DNA of 64,000 nucleotides from an uncultured virus (IMG/VR IMGVR_UViG_3300031687_001200) (IMGVR_UViG_3300031687_001200); one strand, 5' to 3'. Counted from the stretch's first letter, positions 9,830 to 20,010 are shown. A program made the numbers and translations. The notes: generated by a model not told the origin, from the letters alone.

Positions 9830-10642
9830 ATGAGAGTTTTAATATTTGGGTTACCGGGGAGTGGTAAAACATACATAGCAGAACGATTAGCCAAATGCTT
9901 TGGCGATAAAGTAGCCTGGTTCAACGCAGATAAAGTAAGAGAAGAAGCAGACGATTGGGACTTTTCGGACGAAGGTAGACATAGACAAAATCGACGAATG
10001 ATTGATTTATGTAGTAATGCTGAACTAGAAGGTAAAGTTGCTATAGCAGACTTTGTAGCACCGTTTGGAAATGCTAGGAATAGATTCCAGGCAGACTACG
10101 AAATATTTGTAGACACTATTGACGAAGGTAGATTTGAAGATACTAACAATGTTTTTGAAAGACCTACTCCAAGAAACATTACTAACTGGATTTCCTATAT
10201 TGTAACCGAACAACGTGGCGAGACTGATGTTAACATTATTGCTTATGAAATTGGACAAAGATTTATTTGGAACAATCAAGCACCCACAACTCAGATGCTA
10301 GGAAGATTTCAACCATGGCATCCAGGACACCAAGCACTATTTGATAGAGCAATGGCAAAACATGAACAAGTAGTATTGATGGTTAGGGATATGCCAACCG
10401 ACGAATCTAATCCTTATCCAGCACACGAAGTTGTAGAAAACTTACAACAAAATTTATGCAAATATGCTGGCAAAGTTAAAATTGAAGTTGTACCAAATAT
10501 TTTAAATATTACATATGGTAGAGCAGTAGGGTACAAGATTGAACAAGAAGTGTTCGACGATGCTACACACGATATTAGTGCTACTAAAATTCGTAAGAAC
10601 AGCACCATCTGGGAATACAAGCCAAAAAGAAAGGAGACCTAA
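9830..10642 (+). CDS. adenylylsulfate kinase-like P-loop domain fused to an HxGH nucleotidyltransferase domain
   Basis: GLPGSGKT, NADKVR, DFSDEGR (CysC-like); C-terminal GRFQPWHPGH and ISATKIR (cytidylyltransferase-like). Confidence 0.8.
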   Translation: MRVLIFGLPGSGKTYIAERLAKCFGDKVAWFNADKVREEADDWDFSDEGRHRQNRRMIDLCSNAELEGKVAIADFVAPFGNARNRFQADYEIFVDTIDEGRFEDTNNVFERPTPRNITNWISYIVTEQRGETDVNIIAYEIGQRFIWNNQAPTTQMLGRFQPWHPGHQALFDRAMAKHEQVVLMVRDMPTDESNPYPAHEVVENLQQNLCKYAGKVKIEVVPNILNITYGRAVGYKIEQEVFDDATHDISATKIRKNSTIWEYKPKRKET

Positions 10643-10652
10643 GTCTCCCTTC
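10622..10652. terminator. intrinsic terminator between convergent genes
   Basis: GGAGAC-CTAA-GTCTCC hairpin; U-rich tail on the minus strand. Confidence 0.6.
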
Positions 10653-10679
10653 TCGGTTTACATTTGTAAAAGCAATCCG

Positions 10680-10910
10680 TTACTTTTTAAACAAATGGTA
10701 TAACACAAAAGCACCTACGAGACCTAGCAATCCTTCCGCTGATAGTCCTTTCAGTATACCCATAACATTATCTACTACACTTATCTCGGGCCAGAATGGA
10801 ATTCCCACTCCGCCGAATAATACTTCTAGTATAATGCCTAGTGCTAAAACAGATAAACCTGTCTGTGTCAAACTGTGAGCCCAATCACCCACCTTTTTAA
10901 TTATATCCAT
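10680..10910 (-). CDS. small membrane protein (holin-like candidate)
   Basis: Two hydrophobic helices; GGGAGA SD before ATG 10910; CGTAAATA late-like motif upstream. Confidence 0.6.
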   Translation of the reverse strand: MDIIKKVGDWAHSLTQTGLSVLALGIILEVLFGGVGIPFWPEISVVDNVMGILKGLSAEGLLGLVGAFVLYHLFKK

Positions 10911-11033
10911 ATAATATTCTCCCAATGGCTATTATATAAGCCACTAATATTTACGCCAGTAAGATAAGGATTAACTACTGCTTTAAGTTAAATAAGTACT
11001 TTAACCCACAAAGCACTAGGATAACTACAAAAA

Positions 11034-11591
11034 ATGTTAATAGATGAAACAGAAATCCCGGATCCAGAGAATATCGCCCTTGAAGGGTACGATGAAGCTG
11101 TTTTGAAAATATTGCATCATTTTGCTTATGACCGAGAAAATATTGCATGTGTGGAATTCGGGAGAGGCAACGGAAAATTAATTGCATGGTTCGACAGACA
11201 TTGTCTAGAAACCGGTGGTAAAACTGTTGCATTAGAAGATTGGAATCAGACTATATTTCAGGCTGATAAACAACTATATGATGATGTAGATGTGCTAGAG
11301 TGGAACGCATTTGGCGGCAATATTCTAGAAAAACAGTTTGATTTTATATACTGTTCTCTACCTAATCAAATTCCTGGACTCAGTAATGAGATGTTCCAAG
11401 ACAGACTTAACGAAGCATTTGTGAAGTTAAAAAATATGCTGAGTGAAGGTGGCATATTAGTTACTACAGACTACAATGTAATAACTATTAAAAAAGCAGT
11501 GGCACATATAGACATGCCAAGGTGGCCATACATAAACACATCCACATTAGAAGATCCAGAATACTATTTGTGTGTAATGCATAATGGATAG
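11034..11591 (+). CDS. class I SAM-dependent methyltransferase
   Basis: CVEFGRGNG (motif I), QFDFIY, LSEGGILVTTDY. Confidence 0.7.
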   Translation: MLIDETEIPDPENIALEGYDEAVLKILHHFAYDRENIACVEFGRGNGKLIAWFDRHCLETGGKTVALEDWNQTIFQADKQLYDDVDVLEWNAFGGNILEKQFDFIYCSLPNQIPGLSNEMFQDRLNEAFVKLKNMLSEGGILVTTDYNVITIKKAVAHIDMPRWPYINTSTLEDPEYYLCVMHNG

Positions 11592-12012
11592 AATTAGTTG
11601 GACATGTAAGCACACATGGAAAAGAGCAAGTGTAAACACTGCTTGGTGTTTACTTGGTTGTTCAATTGGCGACTTCGGAACTATCTTTGTATTTCAAAAC
11701 ATAGAACACAGTTGGGCAGTATGGCAAGTAATGAGTCTTGCTATTGTAAATGGACTACTCACAAGCATTGCATTAGAAACTGCTATCCTAAGTAAACAAA
11801 TGATACTCAAAGAAGCATTTCGTGTAGCAATAGGCATGAGTTTTATCTCAATGGTTGCTATGGAATTTGCGATGAACTTAACAGATGTATTACTAACAGG
11901 TGGTGCTATGCTTACTTGGTGGGTGATACCATTTATGTTGTTAGCAGGATTTGTTACACCACTACCATATAATTATTACAGACTTAAAAAATGGGGAGAG
12001 GCTTGTCACTAA
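11584..12012 (+). CDS. DUF4396-like membrane protein
   Basis: TAWCLLGCSIGD, SFISMVAME, AGFVTPLPYNY resemble the DUF4396 pattern. Confidence 0.65.
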   Translation: MDRISWTCKHTWKRASVNTAWCLLGCSIGDFGTIFVFQNIEHSWAVWQVMSLAIVNGLLTSIALETAILSKQMILKEAFRVAIGMSFISMVAMEFAMNLTDVLLTGGAMLTWWVIPFMLLAGFVTPLPYNYYRLKKWGEACH

Positions 12013-12224
12013 TGGATAGTTTAGTAAAAGATTTATTAAGGGAGCCTGAATTTAAGCAAGGTGGGTTTGTCTATAAACATGTTGCTGGCGGTAACCCTGA
12101 TCCTATAAGAGCAGTACAAAGTGCAGTAGACCGAATGAGGGAACTTCACGATATAGAAGATCATCAATTCGGCCCACTGTGTGAAAAATTACTAGTTGAG
12201 CTTAATAGGCTTTGTAAATCTTAA
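12012..12224 (+). CDS. hypothetical protein
   Basis: ATG overlaps the upstream stop (TAATG). Confidence 0.55.
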   Translation: MDSLVKDLLREPEFKQGGFVYKHVAGGNPDPIRAVQSAVDRMRELHDIEDHQFGPLCEKLLVELNRLCKS

Positions 12225-12948
12225 GAACTTCTGCCACGGCAGGATGTCTCTCAATTTGTGTATGGTCAAATTCTACTAAACTAATTCTTTCAGACTTAAT
12301 ATCTCTAATCCTTTCTAAAAAGTCTTTCAATCCATTGTCAGCATAACCTCTATCATATTGATTAAGGTCACCGGTAACAATTAGTTTACTGTTATCACCG
12401 ATTCTGGTCAATAGCATTTTCATTTGTTCTTGTGTAGCATTTTGCATCTCGTCTGCAAGTATAATGGCATCTTTAAACGTTCGTCCTCTCATGTATGCCA
12501 ACGGTGCTACTTCTATTTTATTGTTCTCTACCAAGTACTCCATCTCCTTAGGATGATAGAACTGGTCAAAAATATCAAAGATTGGTCTGGTCCAAGGAGC
12601 CATCTTCTCTACTAATGTGCCTGGGAGAAAGCCGTGCTGTTCATCTACTGAAACTGCCGGTCTCGTTATTACAATTTTATCAACCCTACCCGCCCTGAAC
12701 TCTCGTATAGCATATAATGTACTAATGAGGGTTTTACCTGTGCCGGCTGGGCCAGTTGTGAATACTATGTTGTTGTCAGGATTTGTTAACGACTCTAGAA
12801 GGTCATCCTGTTTGAAGTTTCTGGGAACTATGTTTACCTGTGTTGATCGTGATATGGTCTCTACCTGACCACCTTTAATTATTTTCAAATTATGACTCTC
12901 CCTGATTTGTGTTTTGAATTCTCGTTCTTTACGTTTCTTTCTAGACAT
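12202..12948 (-). CDS. phoH: PhoH family ATPase
   Basis: GPAGTGKT, ITRPAV, GFLPG, PLAYMRGRTF, DEMQN, LTRIG, GDLNQ, RHP. Confidence 0.95.
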   Translation of the reverse strand: MSRKKRKEREFKTQIRESHNLKIIKGGQVETISRSTQVNIVPRNFKQDDLLESLTNPDNNIVFTTGPAGTGKTLISTLYAIREFRAGRVDKIVITRPAVSVDEQHGFLPGTLVEKMAPWTRPIFDIFDQFYHPKEMEYLVENNKIEVAPLAYMRGRTFKDAIILADEMQNATQEQMKMLLTRIGDNSKLIVTGDLNQYDRGYADNGLKDFLERIRDIKSERISLVEFDHTQIERHPAVAEVLKIYKAY

Positions 12949-12965
12949 GTTATACTCCTAGTTAG

Positions 12966-13024
12966 CCCAGATGGATAGGCGCTTATGGCTGTGAAATTGC
13001 CATAGATTTTCCTATATGCCTGGG
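12966..13024 (-). promoter_or_regulatory. structured 5' leader hairpin of phoH
   Basis: Three nested helices CCCAG/CTGGG, ATAGG/CCTAT, TATGGC/GCCATA ending a few nt before the AGGAG SD. Confidence 0.5.
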
Positions 13025-13117
13025 GGTCTGAGACTGCTATGTGTTTGGTTGTTTTTAACATACTCATAATTTACTTATCATGGTGTTCAACAAGAATAAC
13101 TAATTAGTTAATGATAT

Positions 13118-13125
13118 GATAAATA
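13118..13125 (+). promoter_or_regulatory. T4-late-like promoter
   Basis: GATAAATA upstream of the 13150 operon, which includes the spanins. Confidence 0.55.
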
Positions 13126-13149
13126 CATTTATACTAGGAAAGAGGCATT

Positions 13150-13719
13150 ATGCAAACATTAAAAATTATAAACGACAACATTCGCAAGATATCCGATACA
13201 AATACGTTATTAGATATGCTTTTAGAGTTTGAAGGCGTATTAGATACATTTGATATCTATGCTTATAAAAACTGGCAGTTGGGTGAAGTTGTTAATGGAC
13301 CTAAATTAGGTAGATACTTTATTGAAGTACACTTAATGTGGAAGACAGAAGAAATGCCTGATCCAGAAGCTTTACTTAGACTTAAAAAGAATGACTGTGA
13401 AGTTAAGATGTATAAAGACAAATTAACTAAGAGTAAGAAAATAACAAGCGTTGAAGACACTGAGGTGGTAACAAGAGGTAACGTGCCTAGGCGTGTTGCT
13501 AAGAAAGAAACTCACGATATATGGATAGTAGAAATTAAAATGCCACGTAGATTCGTAGACGAGTTTAGCACAGAACAAATTGAAGCGGCAGAAGATGCCT
13601 ATGTAGATATGGAAGCGATTCAAAGTGGAACGGATCAGAACTTGGAAGAGCCTACTAACATAGTAGATCCAATGGCTGAACCGGCACCTATGGGTCCTGA
13701 GGCAGGAGTTGGTCTATAA
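13150..13719 (+). CDS. hypothetical phage protein
   Basis: 189-aa ORF with GAGG SD. Confidence 0.75.
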   Translation: MQTLKIINDNIRKISDTNTLLDMLLEFEGVLDTFDIYAYKNWQLGEVVNGPKLGRYFIEVHLMWKTEEMPDPEALLRLKKNDCEVKMYKDKLTKSKKITSVEDTEVVTRGNVPRRVAKKETHDIWIVEIKMPRRFVDEFSTEQIEAAEDAYVDMEAIQSGTDQNLEEPTNIVDPMAEPAPMGPEAGVGL

Positions 13720-14471
13720 TGAGTTTACAACCAAAAGATTTAAAAGGCGTAGTAACTAACGAAATCAGCATTGACGAGTTTGAACCTAAGACAGGTGAGA
13801 AAGAGAATGTTGCAGTATTTGGTTTTTATGTAACTGAAAAGCAAGTAGGCGAAGACCTAGCAAACTTTTTAGAGAAAAGTTCATTTGAATTCAGAGACGT
13901 TGAAGTAACTCCTAATCCTAATCCAGATAACATGTACATGGTATTCGTTGAAGTAGATAGAGACCCTGGCATGATTGGCATGTTAAGAGAAGTTGCAAAA
14001 GATATATTAAATATTTCAGGAGAGATGGATTGGAAGGGTAAGCCACTACTAAGTGATAGCTCTTTTGATTTAGCTGATCCACAACTTGAAGGTATTGTAA
14101 AAACTACACCTGAAGAGTACGTCACTAAAGACGAGCATGAGGCTAATATGAAACAAGAAAAAGAAACTAGCATAAAAGACTTTGTGTTAGATAATACAAT
14201 TGCTACAGCAGTTGAACTAACTGATAGTATCATTACTATTAGAGATGGAAAGCGAAACAAATTACAGTTTGAAGTTGTTTCATTTGGCGAAGGCAAGCCT
14301 ACTTTAGAAGAAGCAGGACTTAGCGACTTAGCTATTGATTACGATTTCGATAGACACCTTATTAAAACAATGGAAAGCATGAGAGGTAAACTAAATGTTT
14401 TACCTATTAATAGAAACGTAGTATTGCACAATCCACACACAGATCAAGTACTAGTGGTCAAACCATGTTAA
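13719..14471 (+). CDS. hypothetical phage protein
   Basis: 250-aa ORF, TAATG coupling with the upstream gene. Confidence 0.75.
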   Translation: MSLQPKDLKGVVTNEISIDEFEPKTGEKENVAVFGFYVTEKQVGEDLANFLEKSSFEFRDVEVTPNPNPDNMYMVFVEVDRDPGMIGMLREVAKDILNISGEMDWKGKPLLSDSSFDLADPQLEGIVKTTPEEYVTKDEHEANMKQEKETSIKDFVLDNTIATAVELTDSIITIRDGKRNKLQFEVVSFGEGKPTLEEAGLSDLAIDYDFDRHLIKTMESMRGKLNVLPINRNVVLHNPHTDQVLVVKPC

Positions 14472-14878
14472 GTTTTCTAAAAGCATTACCGTTTATGGCA
14501 ATAGTATTACTAATGGCTTACGGAGCACACACATTTATAGTAGGTGGATTAAACAAACAAGTAGACAAACTTCAACAACAAGTTGAAATGTATGTTGCAC
14601 AGAACGTAGCATTGCAAACAGCGGCTGATATGAACGAAAGCACTATTAGAAGTTTAGAAGAAGGTGCCGCGAGACAGATAGAACAAATTGGCAATTTACA
14701 AGACCAATTCAACTTAGCAACAGCACAAAAGAACGAGGCATTAAGAATATTTAATGACCATGACATAACCAAACTTGCAAAGAACAAGCCAGGCTTGATG
14801 CAACCAAGAGCAAACAAAGCCACAAAATCGGAGTTTCAAGCACTAGAAGAGTTAAGTACTGATACAAATGAAAAATAA
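14465..14878 (+). CDS. putative i-spanin (Rz-like)
   Basis: N-terminal TM helix followed by a Q/E-rich coiled coil; overlaps a lipoprotein gene. Confidence 0.7.
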   Translation: MLSFLKALPFMAIVLLMAYGAHTFIVGGLNKQVDKLQQQVEMYVAQNVALQTAADMNESTIRSLEEGAARQIEQIGNLQDQFNLATAQKNEALRIFNDHDITKLAKNKPGLMQPRANKATKSEFQALEELSTDTNEK

Positions 14879-15572
14879 CACATCACTTACAGCATTGTTA
14901 CTTGCAACAACCTTATTTTTAGGTGCATGTGCAAGTACACAACAATATCAACCTTTACCTCCAGTTAAAGTTATTACTGAAACTGTTGAAGTAGAAATTT
15001 ATGCACCACCCCTTCCACCCCAAATAGATTTACAAGACGTTGAATGGAAAGTTATTTCCAACTATCCTTGTAGACCAGCAACTGGGCAAGATGAGAAGAC
15101 TGGCTTATACACATACGATAGATTCGAACGTGAAGAGTATGTTAACGAAGCAGGTGAGACTAAAACAAGATTAAAACGTGATGCAGAAAACAAACGTATT
15201 GAGCTACCAGTTATAAAAGGTCAAGAAGTGTGTGGTAACTTAGACGAACAAATTTACGAAGTTGAGAAACTACTAGACGGAGAGTTTGTAGTATTTGCAT
15301 TAACTCCGAGTGGTTACCAAGCAATGGCAACTAACTTACAAGAGATTAGAAGATACGTTGCACAACAAAAAGACATTATATATTACTATAGAGAGGCAAC
15401 CGCCCCTAAAGGTAAAGATGGATGGTTAGAAGAAAATAAAGAACGTCAACAAAACGACTTGGATGCCGCGGCGGCAGACAATGAACAACCAGCTGGCCCG
15501 GCACCTAGTGTAGAAGAAACTAAAAGTGCATTCAGTTTAAAATCACTTTTACCTGGCTTTGGTAACGACTAA
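14868..15572 (+). CDS. putative o-spanin (Rz1-like lipoprotein)
   Basis: Signal peptide with lipobox LGAC, Pro-rich segment and helical C-terminal part; overlaps the i-spanin. Confidence 0.7.
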   Translation: MKNNTSLTALLLATTLFLGACASTQQYQPLPPVKVITETVEVEIYAPPLPPQIDLQDVEWKVISNYPCRPATGQDEKTGLYTYDRFEREEYVNEAGETKTRLKRDAENKRIELPVIKGQEVCGNLDEQIYEVEKLLDGEFVVFALTPSGYQAMATNLQEIRRYVAQQKDIIYYYREATAPKGKDGWLEENKERQQNDLDAAAADNEQPAGPAPSVEETKSAFSLKSLLPGFGND

Positions 15573-15583
15573 GAGAGACACAC

Positions 15584-15814
15584 ATGACAACATTTGAAAG
15601 ATTACAGAAAGTGATCAATACAGAACTTAGTATTGATGTAGACAAAATCAAAGAAGATTCGCATTTATTTGACGATTTAAACTTTGATAGCCTAGATGCT
15701 ATTGAAATGATTCTAGCTCTAGAAGGCGAGTTCGATATCGAAATACCAGACGATGACGTTGACGATCTTAGAACAGTTCAGCAACTAATCACATTCATAA
15801 ACGAAAATTCCTAA
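15584..15814 (+). CDS. acpP: acyl carrier protein
   Basis: DDLNFDSLDAIEMILALEGEFDIEIPD with the phosphopantetheine Ser; 76 aa, acidic. Confidence 0.92.
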   Translation: MTTFERLQKVINTELSIDVDKIKEDSHLFDDLNFDSLDAIEMILALEGEFDIEIPDDDVDDLRTVQQLITFINENS

Positions 15815-15830
15815 AACCCTTATTATTAAC

Positions 15831-15860
15831 TTGACTTAGGCGGTTCTTTTAGTGTATAAT
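15831..15860 (+). promoter_or_regulatory. sigma70-like promoter
   Basis: TTGACT-18 nt-TATAAT; ATG 15867 six nt downstream. Confidence 0.6.
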
Positions 15861-15866
15861 ACCACT

Positions 15867-16658
15867 ATGGACTATTATGAAACTCTTGGCGTTAATCATA
15901 CGACCCAACCAGATGAGATAAAGAAAGCCTACAAGAAATTGGCTAGTAAACATCATCCGGATAAAGGTGGTGACGAAGCTGAGTTTAAAAAGATCCAAGC
16001 CGCATACGAAGTATTAAGCGACCCACAAAAGAAACAACAGTACGACAACCCAGATCCATTCGGTGGACAAAATCCTTTCCAAGGGCAAGGTAATCCATTC
16101 GGTGATATATTTGGCGATATCTTTGGTAATAGAGGACAACAGCGACAAGTCCGTAACCCAGATGGTGTGTGCGATATACACATTGATTTGCAAGAAGCAT
16201 ACTCTGGTGCTGAAAAACTAATAGACGTAGGCTATGCAAAGTATAAACTAACTATACCAGCCGGCACACAGCACGGCAGTAAGTTTAAGATGCAAGGAAA
16301 AGGCCCACACCAGAATAAACAATTACCTGCAGGTGATTTAATATGCAGGACATTTGTTCACATGCCAGGCGATTGGCAGAGAGTAGACGACTCATTGATT
16401 GTGAGAGTAGAAGTAGATTTCTTCGAAGCCATGATTGGTACAGAAGTTAGGTTCCCTCATCTAGATGGAGCAACATTAAGTGTTAAAATTCCAGCTAAAA
16501 CTAGTCCGGGATCGAGACTAAGACTTAGCGGTAAGGGTATGCCAAACCCACAAAATGGCAGGAAAGGAGATATGTATGTAAATGTTCATGTCGTTTCACC
16601 AATAATTAACGATGAACAATTACGAAAAATAAAAGAATTTTACGACCAGGAGATGTAA
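15867..16658 (+). CDS. dnaJ: DnaJ/CbpA-type co-chaperone (no Zn finger)
   Basis: [15 protein letters not shown]-domain, G/F-rich linker, GKGMP...GDMYV C-terminal domain. Confidence 0.9.
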   Translation: MDYYETLGVNHTTQPDEIKKAYKKLASKHHPDKGGDEAEFKKIQAAYEVLSDPQKKQQYDNPDPFGGQNPFQGQGNPFGDIFGDIFGNRGQQRQVRNPDGVCDIHIDLQEAYSGAEKLIDVGYAKYKLTIPAGTQHGSKFKMQGKGPHQNKQLPAGDLICRTFVHMPGDWQRVDDSLIVRVEVDFFEAMIGTEVRFPHLDGATLSVKIPAKTSPGSRLRLSGKGMPNPQNGRKGDMYVNVHVVSPIINDEQLRKIKEFYDQEM

Positions 16659-16666
16659 ATAGTAGT

Positions 16667-18850
16667 ATGAGTCAATTAGATAATATTATAACATGTGCAG
16701 TAAATTACGCATCAGAACGTAACCACGAATATGTAACGTTAGAACACCTAATGCTATGTTGCCTGGAAGACGAGGATGTTCTACAAGTACTCGATGAAAT
16801 TGATGACCAACTCGACATGGAGTTAGCAAAAACAGATTTAGTTAATTACCTTGCCGATGATGCCATTAATGGATTGAAGGGTGAAATTGTATATGACGGG
16901 AAGCCTAAGAAAACAGAAGGCGTGGAACGTGTAATGCAAAGAGCATTTGCTCAAGTAATTTTTAGTTCTAGAGATCAAGTTAGTAGTATAGATTTGTTTG
17001 TTAGTATCCTTTCAGAAAACGATACACATGCCAAATATATTTGTGAGCTCAATGGTATTGATAGACTAAGTGTTGTACAAGTACTTACTGCTATGAATGG
17101 CAATGCTGGACTTAAAGAAGCAGAGGAGTTCCTTATTAACTTAAATGCCAAAGCGGCTGAGATGGAGATTGATCCATTGATTGGCAGGGCTGAGGAAGTA
17201 AGTGACGTTGTACATATTTTAGCAAGACGTAAAAAGAACAACCCATTACTAATTGGAGAGCCTGGTGTTGGTAAGACTGCTATTGCGGAAGGACTAGCAT
17301 TAAAGATTGTTGAAGGGCAAGTACCTAATGCACTCAAAGACAAAGTTGTTTACAGTTTAGACATTGGTAGTTTACTTGCTGGCACAAAATATAGAGGAGA
17401 CTTTGAGGAACGTATTAAAGTTGTCCTAGATAGTTTAGAAGCAGATAAGAATGTTATTTTGTTTATTGATGAGATACATATGATTATGGGAGCCGGTAGT
17501 GCTGGCAGTAGTAACGTAGACGTTGCTAACTTGTTAAAGCCACTACTAGGTAGAGGTAAACTATTAACAATGGGTGCTACAACTAACGATGAATACAGCA
17601 CACATTTTGAAAAGGATAAAGCACTATTGCGTAGGTTCCAACGTGTGGACATCGAGCCCACAGACGTTCCTACGACTATTGAAATTATGAAAGGGTTAAA
17701 GCCTTTCTTTGAAGAGTTTCACGGTGTTACTTATACTGATGAGTTAGTTGCAAAAAGTGTAGACTTAGCAGACCGTTATATTAAAAACAAATTCTTCCCA
17801 GACAAAGCAGTAGATGTAATTGATGCCGCCGGAGCCACAGTTAAACTTCGTGGAGAAGAGGTTGTTAATACACCAGACATTGTACATGTTATTAGTAAAA
17901 TGAGTAAGATCGGTGCAGACGTTATTGACGTTGATAGTACAGAAGGTTACAAGAGCTTAGACAAACGTATTAAAACTAAAGTGTTTGGACAAGACGAAGC
18001 AGTAGACCAAATTGTTGAAGCCATACTTGTTGCTAAAGCAGGACTTAGAGAAGAAGGACAGCCAATTGGATCGTTCTTACTTGTAGGTCCAACTGGTACA
18101 GGTAAAACTGAAACAGCAAAACAACTAGCGGCACAACTAGAAGCAAAACTAATACGTTTTGATATGAGTGAGTATCAAGAACGTCATAGTGTAAGTAAGT
18201 TGATTGGTGCTCCTCCGGGATACGTTGGACATGCTGAAGGAAAGATGGGACAAGGACAACTACTCACATCAGTAGAAGAGAATCCTAATTGTGTACTACT
18301 ATTAGATGAGGTTGAGAAAGCCGCACCTGAAGTACTACAACTATTACTACAAGTTATGGACGATGGTAGACTAACAGGAGCAACTGGTAAGACTACAGAC
18401 TTCAGTAATGTTATTATGCTAATGACTAGTAACTTAGGAGCCGCGGATGGCGAGACTAATAAAATTGGTTTCGGTGACCAAGTTAAAAAAGATACTGACA
18501 CTAAAGCAATTAAGGCATTCTTTGCCCCAGAGTTTAGAAACAGATTGGATGCAGTTATCAAGTTTAACAAACTAGGCAAGCCTGTTATTGAAAAGATTGT
18601 AGGCAGACTACAAGATGAGATTAACTTACAACTCAAGGATAAGAATATTGAAGTTGTACTTGATGCCAAGGCTATTAAATACTTTATGGATAATGGTTAC
18701 AGTCCGGACATGGGTGCCAGACCTTTGAAGAGATTATTTGAAAAGGATCTCAAAAAGCCATTAAGTAAAAAAATATTATTTGAAGAATTAAAAGATGTCG
18801 TTTTAAATGTAACTGTTAAAGGTGAAGAAATTGACATCCAGCCTGCTTAA
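16667..18850 (+). CDS. clpA: ATP-dependent Clp protease ATP-binding subunit ClpA
   Basis: N-domain HEYVTLEHL; two AAA modules ([30 protein letters not shown]); IGF ClpP-binding loop; no ClpB middle domain. Confidence 0.92.
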   Translation: MSQLDNIITCAVNYASERNHEYVTLEHLMLCCLEDEDVLQVLDEIDDQLDMELAKTDLVNYLADDAINGLKGEIVYDGKPKKTEGVERVMQRAFAQVIFSSRDQVSSIDLFVSILSENDTHAKYICELNGIDRLSVVQVLTAMNGNAGLKEAEEFLINLNAKAAEMEIDPLIGRAEEVSDVVHILARRKKNNPLLIGEPGVGKTAIAEGLALKIVEGQVPNALKDKVVYSLDIGSLLAGTKYRGDFEERIKVVLDSLEADKNVILFIDEIHMIMGAGSAGSSNVDVANLLKPLLGRGKLLTMGATTNDEYSTHFEKDKALLRRFQRVDIEPTDVPTTIEIMKGLKPFFEEFHGVTYTDELVAKSVDLADRYIKNKFFPDKAVDVIDAAGATVKLRGEEVVNTPDIVHVISKMSKIGADVIDVDSTEGYKSLDKRIKTKVFGQDEAVDQIVEAILVAKAGLREEGQPIGSFLLVGPTGTGKTETAKQLAAQLEAKLIRFDMSEYQERHSVSKLIGAPPGYVGHAEGKMGQGQLLTSVEENPNCVLLLDEVEKAAPEVLQLLLQVMDDGRLTGATGKTTDFSNVIMLMTSNLGAADGETNKIGFGDQVKKDTDTKAIKAFFAPEFRNRLDAVIKFNKLGKPVIEKIVGRLQDEINLQLKDKNIEVVLDAKAIKYFMDNGYSPDMGARPLKRLFEKDLKKPLSKKILFEELKDVVLNVTVKGEEIDIQPA

Positions 18851-19532
18851 TATAGAACAGTTATCACGTGAGGAATACTCTCCTATACTCATAGGCTCTG
18901 ATAGAATATACTATAAGAAGTATCCTTACAAAGTCAGCCTCATAGATACAAACGTTTCATACGATGTTACCAGAGCATTAGAAATGTTAGACTGGTGGGA
19001 AATAACTGGTAAGGAAAACGTAAAGTTTGTAAGTAATCTTACTAGGCATTTTTATTTTAGAGAGAAGAAGGTTTTAGATTTCTTTGTTGATTTCTTTGCA
19101 GACCAAATAAAAGATATCAAAGGACCAGTATCACAAGAACATATCGGGTTCTTACAACAAGTTAATCAGAACATGATCGACAACCAGAACCATTATCACT
19201 TCCATGGCAACGTTGAACTTATTATTAGAAACAACCTATGGCATAAAGAATTCGATACTAAAGTAGAAGTTAGCGGAATGAAGCACCCTCCAGGACGACA
19301 ATGGACTCACAACAATGGATACGGACGACCTAGCTTACCTCATGAACGACATGAGTTACAACAAGCAATTAAACAGAGTTGTAAAGGGATTGTAGATAAG
19401 TATAGAGACAGCCGCTGGAATTATTTTTATTGCAGTAGCAACCACATAGACGACATAAAGATGTTTGTAAAGCTCAAACACCCTCAAGCGAGGCTTCATA
19501 TCTCTAAAGCATTAGTAGAGAAAAACTTGTAA
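18822..19532 (+). CDS. hypothetical protein
   Basis: 236-aa ORF continuing the operon. Confidence 0.65.
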   Translation: MKKLTSSLLNIEQLSREEYSPILIGSDRIYYKKYPYKVSLIDTNVSYDVTRALEMLDWWEITGKENVKFVSNLTRHFYFREKKVLDFFVDFFADQIKDIKGPVSQEHIGFLQQVNQNMIDNQNHYHFHGNVELIIRNNLWHKEFDTKVEVSGMKHPPGRQWTHNNGYGRPSLPHERHELQQAIKQSCKGIVDKYRDSRWNYFYCSSNHIDDIKMFVKLKHPQARLHISKALVEKNL

Positions 19533-19535
19533 TTG

Positions 19536-19543
19536 GATAAATA
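19536..19543 (+). promoter_or_regulatory. T4-late-like promoter
   Basis: GATAAATA 5 nt before ATG 19549. Confidence 0.55.
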
Positions 19544-19548
19544 GTTGT

Positions 19549-19962
19549 ATGGCAATTAATAGAAAATCAGTTTTAGTACAAAGTGCAACAGCATCTACAA
19601 TGAACGTGACTACTGCTAAAGTAGAAGGCGACAGTTACTATGGTTACAGCGATGGATTACACACATTTGCTGTGAAGTATAATGCATTTAAAGGTAGAGT
19701 GTATGTGCAAGCCACATTATCATTAGCGCCTACAGAAGCAGACTGGTTTAGTGTACAAGTACCAGGCGGTGTAAGTATAGCGAATGGCGGTTACAAGCAA
19801 TTCCCACAAACCGGATCAGCTGGATATACTGCTTCAGAAGGGTATAATATAATTGGTAACTTTGCTTGGCTTAGACTAAAGTTTGATAGATCCTATATAG
19901 GCGATGGAACTACATACTCCATGGATTATGGTCAAATCGATAGTGTCAGGTTATCAGCTTAA
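19549..19962 (+). CDS. putative virion structural protein
   Basis: Beta-rich 137 aa at the head of the structural cluster, with a late motif. Confidence 0.6.
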   Translation: MAINRKSVLVQSATASTMNVTTAKVEGDSYYGYSDGLHTFAVKYNAFKGRVYVQATLSLAPTEADWFSVQVPGGVSIANGGYKQFPQTGSAGYTASEGYNIIGNFAWLRLKFDRSYIGDGTTYSMDYGQIDSVRLSA

Positions 19963-20002
19963 ACAAGCAGTTCAGCCTTAAATCAAAAAAAACGACTAAA
20001 GT

Positions 20003-20010
20003 GATAAATA
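20003..20010 (+). promoter_or_regulatory. T4-late-like promoter
   Basis: GATAAATA upstream of the 1113-aa fibre gene. Confidence 0.55.
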
